Shown in pieces: positions 6,425-10,074 of a DNA stretch of 10,074 bases. Position 1 is the stretch's first letter. The number at the start of each line of letters is the position of its first letter. Made by a program: the position numbers and the translations under genes. The DNA comes from Naegleria gruberi (lineage: Eukaryota), in the NCBI GenBank assembly GCA_000004985.1, contig GG739029.1; one strand, 5' to 3'. The notes under the pieces are model-generated. The model saw only the letters and a program-made list of their open reading frames with translations, searched no databases and was not told where the DNA came from.

Positions 6425-9106
6425 TTACCTCTTTAATACACAATCACTGAAATCAACATCTTTAACACTGTACTTAATATGAGTGATGGAATCTTGATCT
6501 CTTCCTCCATTAGTTGTGAAGAATCCATTCTCTTTGACTCCTGTAGAATCAAAAGTAAGACAAATTTCATCCTCCCCAACCAAAACAAATGACCTATCAA
6601 ATGCCTTCAAAAGCCAAAAATCACTTTGACCTGCCTCAATGTCAAAATATTTGATATGTTCAAGAAAATGACAAAATTCATCCAACGATTTTCTATTCTC
6701 GAATGTAATGTTCTTCAAACCAATATAAGGGTTTGTAATGTTGCATGTTTTAAATAATGTTGCCAAATTTTCATTCACAAAGAAAGTTCTGTCAGTTTCT
6801 CCTCTTTTCAATTTGTCAAAATAAATTTTGAAAGATTCACTCACTGGAAGTGTCAAATTCAATGCCTCTAATAAATCTGAAACGAAATGTTGGCAATTAG
6901 CCCCTAATAATGAATAATTCTTGGTTGCATTGTAATTGCATGAAATTTTTGTAATCAATTCGAATGCCTTCTTGACATTGTCAGCTCCAGCAATTTCTCC
7001 AATATCAATGGCTGCAATGGTATTATTAGTATCAAGTTTCTGGTCTGAATCGCACTCAACTCTCACCAATGAATTATCATACCATTCAATTTTCCATTCT
7101 CCAATTAAGATTCCTGTGTGAACAACGCCATAATTATTTACATTAAGAATGGCTGCGAATGTAGCCATTGCCTTCTTGGTTAATTCGTGTTTTCCTAAAG
7201 ATGAAACCAATAACTTGACTCTCACAACTGCAGGAATATTGGAAACAATTCTTGAATTTTTCTTCATTGTAGGACGAACAAAGTGAAAATGCATGAATCT
7301 GTCTTCACAGACATATCTTTGAGCTTCCAAATCTAAACTTTCACTGTATCCGACCTTCTCTGGTGTAATGTTGAATTCTTTAAGGCATACTCTAATCTTT
7401 TTCTTGGCCATCTCAACACCTTTAAATTCGGCTTGTGATAATCTCCAGCTTTCTATTGGAATTTGAACATCATATTCTTGATTTTCATTCTCTACACCAT
7501 AAGATTCAGAGGTAACATATGGCCTAGTACTATTATTACATAACTTTAAGAAAGTACTTGTAGTTGTTGGACCATTGGAATCTCTTAAAGTTTTAGAGAA
7601 TGCTCGGTCAACCTTGCCATTCCTTAAATTATCAAAATACTTGTCAAAGCATTCACTCTTTGGAAGTTGCAAATTCAAAGCAGATAGTACCTCAGATGTG
7701 AAATGTTGGCAATTGGCTTTGAATTGGTGATATTGAACTGATCCATTATATTTACAAATAATTTCTGTCAACTTTCTAAATGTTTGCTTAACATTTTCAG
7801 CACCACGTATTTCTCCAATGTCAATTATTGCAAGTGTCTTGTCAGATTCGATTTGTTCACTCCTTATACTAACAGTTGATGAGTTGACCCATTCAATCTT
7901 CCATTCACCAATTAAAAGGCCAGTATGAACAATTCCCATATCAGCATTTGAAAAGTAGCTCATTAACTTGGTCATAAAAGGACTATTACCTAAATCAGAA
8001 ATCAACAACTTGACTCGCAGAAATGGTTCACAATTAACTTTGTTTGATTTTAGGTTTACAATAGAACTCATAAATTCCCTATTTAGTAATCTATCTTCAC
8101 AGACCAAGTTTTGGGCATCCACTTCCAAATCGCCTGTCATTCTAGCATCTTTGGGAGTTCTATTATTCTTTTTCAAGAAATCATAATATTTCTCTAACTT
8201 TTTCTTGACCGTTTCAACCCGATCCCTTTCTAAAAATGTTAGTGCAGTTTTAATAACAGCAGGTGGTGGAATACCTGCCTCTGATGGATTTGTAACTGAC
8301 AACAAAGCTTTTAAGTGTTCGAGAAGGTTAGAATGTAAACCCATTATCTCCTTCGTTGTTTCGTCAATATATTTTCCCACCCCAATCCGGCGCTTTTCAC
8401 GAATCATCATTTGAGCAAAAGTTTCTCCCTTAATCCTAAGAGGCTGTCTAGTAAGCAATTTGAATAATATACATCCCAAACTAAATAAGTCTGCAGATTT
8501 ATCCACTATTTGAGATGCCAATAATACCTCTGGAGCTGTATACTCATTGCTGTGTCTGAATTCTGATGGCTGGTTGTCTAGCACAGAATATTTGAAATCG
8601 AATAATTTAAATGTAAAGTCCTCTTCGAAAAATAAAATGTTTTCAGGTTTTAAATTTCCATGAATAATATTCATGGAATGTAATTTAAGAAGTCCTTTTT
8701 CTATTTGACTATAAATTTTCAAAGATTCTTCCAAATTAGGTTCATAATAAGTTAAATATTCATTCAAATTACAGGTTCCTTTGGGAGAAATTGAATATTT
8801 CAAAAACATGTCATAATCACCTGTATCCCATATTGGGACAATTTCATGTTGATTTACAATTTGTTGTCTTATTTTTTCATGCTTATTGCATTCGTATTCA
8901 GTTAGTATTGTCATTATTATTTCAGAATTGCCATTACCCGAAACTTGTCTCACTCCATAAAATTTCTCTCCTATAGGAACTTCATATTGTCCAATTTTTT
9001 CAATATTTGCGCAATTTTTTAGCTTCAATATTGATGGATTTTCTTTGATCAAATCCTGTTTGGTTGATACTATTATTTTGGTTTGTGAAGAATGTGACGA
9101 CCCCAT
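6425..9106 (-). CDS. 893-aa multidomain protein with an N-myristoylation motif (MGSSHSS), a degenerate kinase domain, two tandem PPPDE/DeSI-like putative Cys peptidase domains, and a C-terminal region of unknown function
   Basis: Single uninterrupted minus-strand ORF. Kinase-like core: ...NIIHGNLKPENILFF (catalytic-loop HRD replaced by HGN, minus-strand codons 8654-8662), FDFKYS (DFG replaced by DFK), EYTAPEVL (APE), DLFSLGCILFKLL. Two repeats of about 270 aa each carry the PPPDE (PF05903-like) hallmarks: VRVKLL[IV]S.LG, VHTG[IL]LIGEWKIEW (compare DeSI GVFHSGIEVYGREFAYGG), IDIGEI, and ANCQHF (compare DeSI HKNCNHFSSAL). Both retain His, at nt 7925-7927 and 7118-7120, and Cys within NCQHF, at 7700-7714 and 6884-6898. 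Confidence 0.85.
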   Translation of the reverse strand: MGSSHSSQTKIIVSTKQDLIKENPSILKLKNCANIEKIGQYEVPIGEKFYGVRQVSGNGNSEIIMTILTEYECNKHEKIRQQIVNQHEIVPIWDTGDYDMFLKYSISPKGTCNLNEYLTYYEPNLEESLKIYSQIEKGLLKLHSMNIIHGNLKPENILFFEEDFTFKLFDFKYSVLDNQPSEFRHSNEYTAPEVLLASQIVDKSADLFSLGCILFKLLTRQPLRIKGETFAQMMIREKRRIGVGKYIDETTKEIMGLHSNLLEHLKALLSVTNPSEAGIPPPAVIKTALTFLERDRVETVKKKLEKYYDFLKKNNRTPKDARMTGDLEVDAQNLVCEDRLLNREFMSSIVNLKSNKVNCEPFLRVKLLISDLGNSPFMTKLMSYFSNADMGIVHTGLLIGEWKIEWVNSSTVSIRSEQIESDKTLAIIDIGEIRGAENVKQTFRKLTEIICKYNGSVQYHQFKANCQHFTSEVLSALNLQLPKSECFDKYFDNLRNGKVDRAFSKTLRDSNGPTTTSTFLKLCNNSTRPYVTSESYGVENENQEYDVQIPIESWRLSQAEFKGVEMAKKKIRVCLKEFNITPEKVGYSESLDLEAQRYVCEDRFMHFHFVRPTMKKNSRIVSNIPAVVRVKLLVSSLGKHELTKKAMATFAAILNVNNYGVVHTGILIGEWKIEWYDNSLVRVECDSDQKLDTNNTIAAIDIGEIAGADNVKKAFELITKISCNYNATKNYSLLGANCQHFVSDLLEALNLTLPVSESFKIYFDKLKRGETDRTFFVNENLATLFKTCNITNPYIGLKNITFENRKSLDEFCHFLEHIKYFDIEAGQSDFWLLKAFDRSFVLVGEDEICLTFDSTGVKENGFFTTNGGRDQDSITHIKYSVKDVDFSDCVLKR
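6845..7228 (-). other. PPPDE/DeSI-like domain 2 (aa about 627-754)
   Basis: VVRVKLLVSSLG...GVVHTGILIGEWKIEW...AAIDIGEIAGADNV...GANCQHFVSDLLEALNL. Confidence 0.7.
7661..8023 (-). other. PPPDE/DeSI-like domain 1 (aa about 362-482)
   Basis: FLRVKLLISDLG...GIVHTGLLIGEWKIEW...AIIDIGEIRGAENV...KANCQHFTSEVLSALNL. Confidence 0.7.
8207..9001 (-). other. Degenerate (pseudo)kinase domain of the 893-aa protein
   Basis: Roughly aa 36-300. Candidate G-loop remnant IGEKFYGV, HGNLKPEN, DFK, APE. The catalytic Asp of HRD is Asn and the DFG glycine is Lys. Confidence 0.65.
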
Positions 9107-9168
9107 TTTTTTGCAAAATTATTGCTTAAATCTAATAATTATCTAGGACGTGATCAGCAAAAAACAAA

Positions 9169-10074
9169 ATGCCTGTAAATCCGCTAGATTACATTCTATT
9201 AAAACTTGTCTCGTTGTCAATATTTAAAAACGTGGATCATATCAAAACTGTACATTTGAGTGCATCTTGTTACTCTTCTAATTATTTTAGAAAAGTAATG
9301 AGAGTCTATTCGGATAAAGAGGAAACTTGTGTTGTTGTAAAATTTTGCACATCCAACATGCCTAATGATGTTATGAAAGTTTATGATAGAATATGTAATA
9401 TAAACTGTGAATATCTTGTCAAACCAATGTACCGTGGCGAAATAGGTGAATATTATTACTTTATTTTCCCACAAGCAAAATGTGATTTAAAACAATTTCT
9501 TGAATCCTATACGACAGCAAAACAAAAATTACTGATATTCCGTGATGTTTGTTCAGGAGTGAAAGCTCTCCATCTAAATAATATCACTCATTGTGATTTA
9601 AAATCGGAAAATGTTTTAATATTTGAGGAGAATGGTCAAATAATTGCCAAGTTGACAGATTTCGATGAAGCCCAAATTTTCGATGAAAATATCACTTCAT
9701 CAACTATTCCGTGCCAGTCGCATTTCTTTAGATCGCCTGAATCTTTTCGTGATGAATTGGAATGCCATAATTTCCCATTGATGGATATGTTTAGTTTGGG
9801 ATGTATTTTGTTTGATTTGTTTCGAGTAACAGAGAGAAAACCATTAGCAGCAATATTTATCAAGTCCAATACAGAAGCAGAAAAATGTGTTAAAGAATCA
9901 ATAGTTGACAATAATCTAAAAGAGCTACTGGTTACTATTTTACTTAAATTAATTACAACCATGGAACAAAGGTTAACTATTAGCGATCTGTTAATCGAAA
10001 TTACACAATTAATCAAAGAAGAAAGAGATTATTTAAGTGATGAACAAATCTTGACAATATTAAATCAGTATAGC
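9169..10074 (+). CDS. Kinase-like protein, a paralog of the N-terminal domain of the minus-strand 893-aa protein. 3'-truncated by the window end. Alternative start at ATG 9298.
   Basis: Frame 1 is open from 9154 to the window end, so no ORF-track entry exists because there is no stop. ATG at 9169 (MPVNPLDY...) lies only 62 bp from the divergent gene's ATG. ATG at 9298 (MRVYSDKEETCVVVKF...) lies 191 bp away and may be the true start. Motifs: HCDLKSENVL (9589-9612, catalytic Asp retained), TDFDEA (DFG replaced by DFD, 9658-9666), RSPESF (APE-like), DMFSLGCILFDLF (compare DLFSLGCILFKLL in the minus-strand gene). No recognisable glycine-rich loop. Confidence 0.75.
   Translation, partial: MPVNPLDYILLKLVSLSIFKNVDHIKTVHLSASCYSSNYFRKVMRVYSDKEETCVVVKFCTSNMPNDVMKVYDRICNINCEYLVKPMYRGEIGEYYYFIFPQAKCDLKQFLESYTTAKQKLLIFRDVCSGVKALHLNNITHCDLKSENVLIFEENGQIIAKLTDFDEAQIFDENITSSTIPCQSHFFRSPESFRDELECHNFPLMDMFSLGCILFDLFRVTERKPLAAIFIKSNTEAEKCVKESIVDNNLKELLVTILLKLITTMEQRLTISDLLIEITQLIKEERDYLSDEQILTILNQYS
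10021..10074 (+). repeat. Copy 2 of the duplicated segment, the paralog of 5197-5250
   Basis: See 5197-5250. Truncated by the window end. Confidence 0.85.

Noticed and set aside
6936-8976. Plus-strand short ORFs (6936..7121, 7968..8186, 8205..8414, 8791..8976) antisense to the 893-aa gene
   Set aside because: Antisense frames of a strongly supported 2.7-kb CDS. No motifs.
9217-10016. Minus-strand ORFs 9217..9474 and 9636..10016
   Set aside because: Antisense to the plus-strand kinase-like ORF. That ORF is open across the whole region in frame 1 and carries the HCDLKSEN, DFD and SPE motifs. The track omitted it because it has no stop within the window.
1-10074. Prokaryotic features (operons, RBS, CRISPR arrays, rho-independent terminators)
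   Set aside because: The sequence is eukaryotic: it has a spliceosomal intron, A-rich leaders, monocistronic widely spaced genes and a eukaryotic kinase/IQGAP/Tc1 gene content. No repeat-spacer arrays are present.

Overview
AT-rich eukaryotic window, budding-yeast-like (GTATGT 5' splice site, AGA/GGT/CCA/TTG codon preference, A-rich leaders). CTG is rare, so a CTG-clade (CTG=Ser) host cannot be excluded. All Leu calls at CTG codons are therefore provisional. The six-frame track uses bacterial-style alternative starts and reads through an N-run, so several of its ORFs are artefacts.

The window contains:
1. A Tc1/mariner-like DNA transposon (174..2960) with 19-bp imperfect terminal inverted repeats (TIRs). 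It carries one long, apparently intact ORF (370..2838, 822 aa). The ORF has HTH/GRP and DDE signatures, including a YSPxxxxNPVE third motif, plus an atypical C-terminal extension (C2H2/C2HC-like zinc finger, poly-acidic stretch, two RGRP/PGRPRK AT-hooks).
2. The 5' end of an IQGAP-family gene (IQG1-like calponin-homology domain) with a 230-nt spliceosomal intron. It runs into a 1244-nt N-run (3953..5196).
3. Right after the N-run, the 3' end of a kinase-like gene (copy 1). It is 53/54 nt identical to the last 54 nt of the window (copy 2), which indicates a recent local duplication. Copy 1 carries an in-frame TAA where copy 2 has TTA.
4. On the minus strand, an 893-aa protein (6425..9106). It has an N-terminal MGxxxS myristoylation motif, a degenerate kinase domain (HRD replaced by HGN, DFG by DFK) and two tandem PPPDE/DeSI-like permuted-papain domains. 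Each retains the HTG...NCQHF His/Cys dyad. I do not recognise this fusion as a described architecture.
5. Divergently transcribed from it, only 62-191 bp away, a paralogous kinase-like gene (9169/9298..window end) that retains the catalytic Asp (HCD) but has DFD instead of DFG.

I found no rRNA, tRNA, CRISPR or prokaryotic signals.
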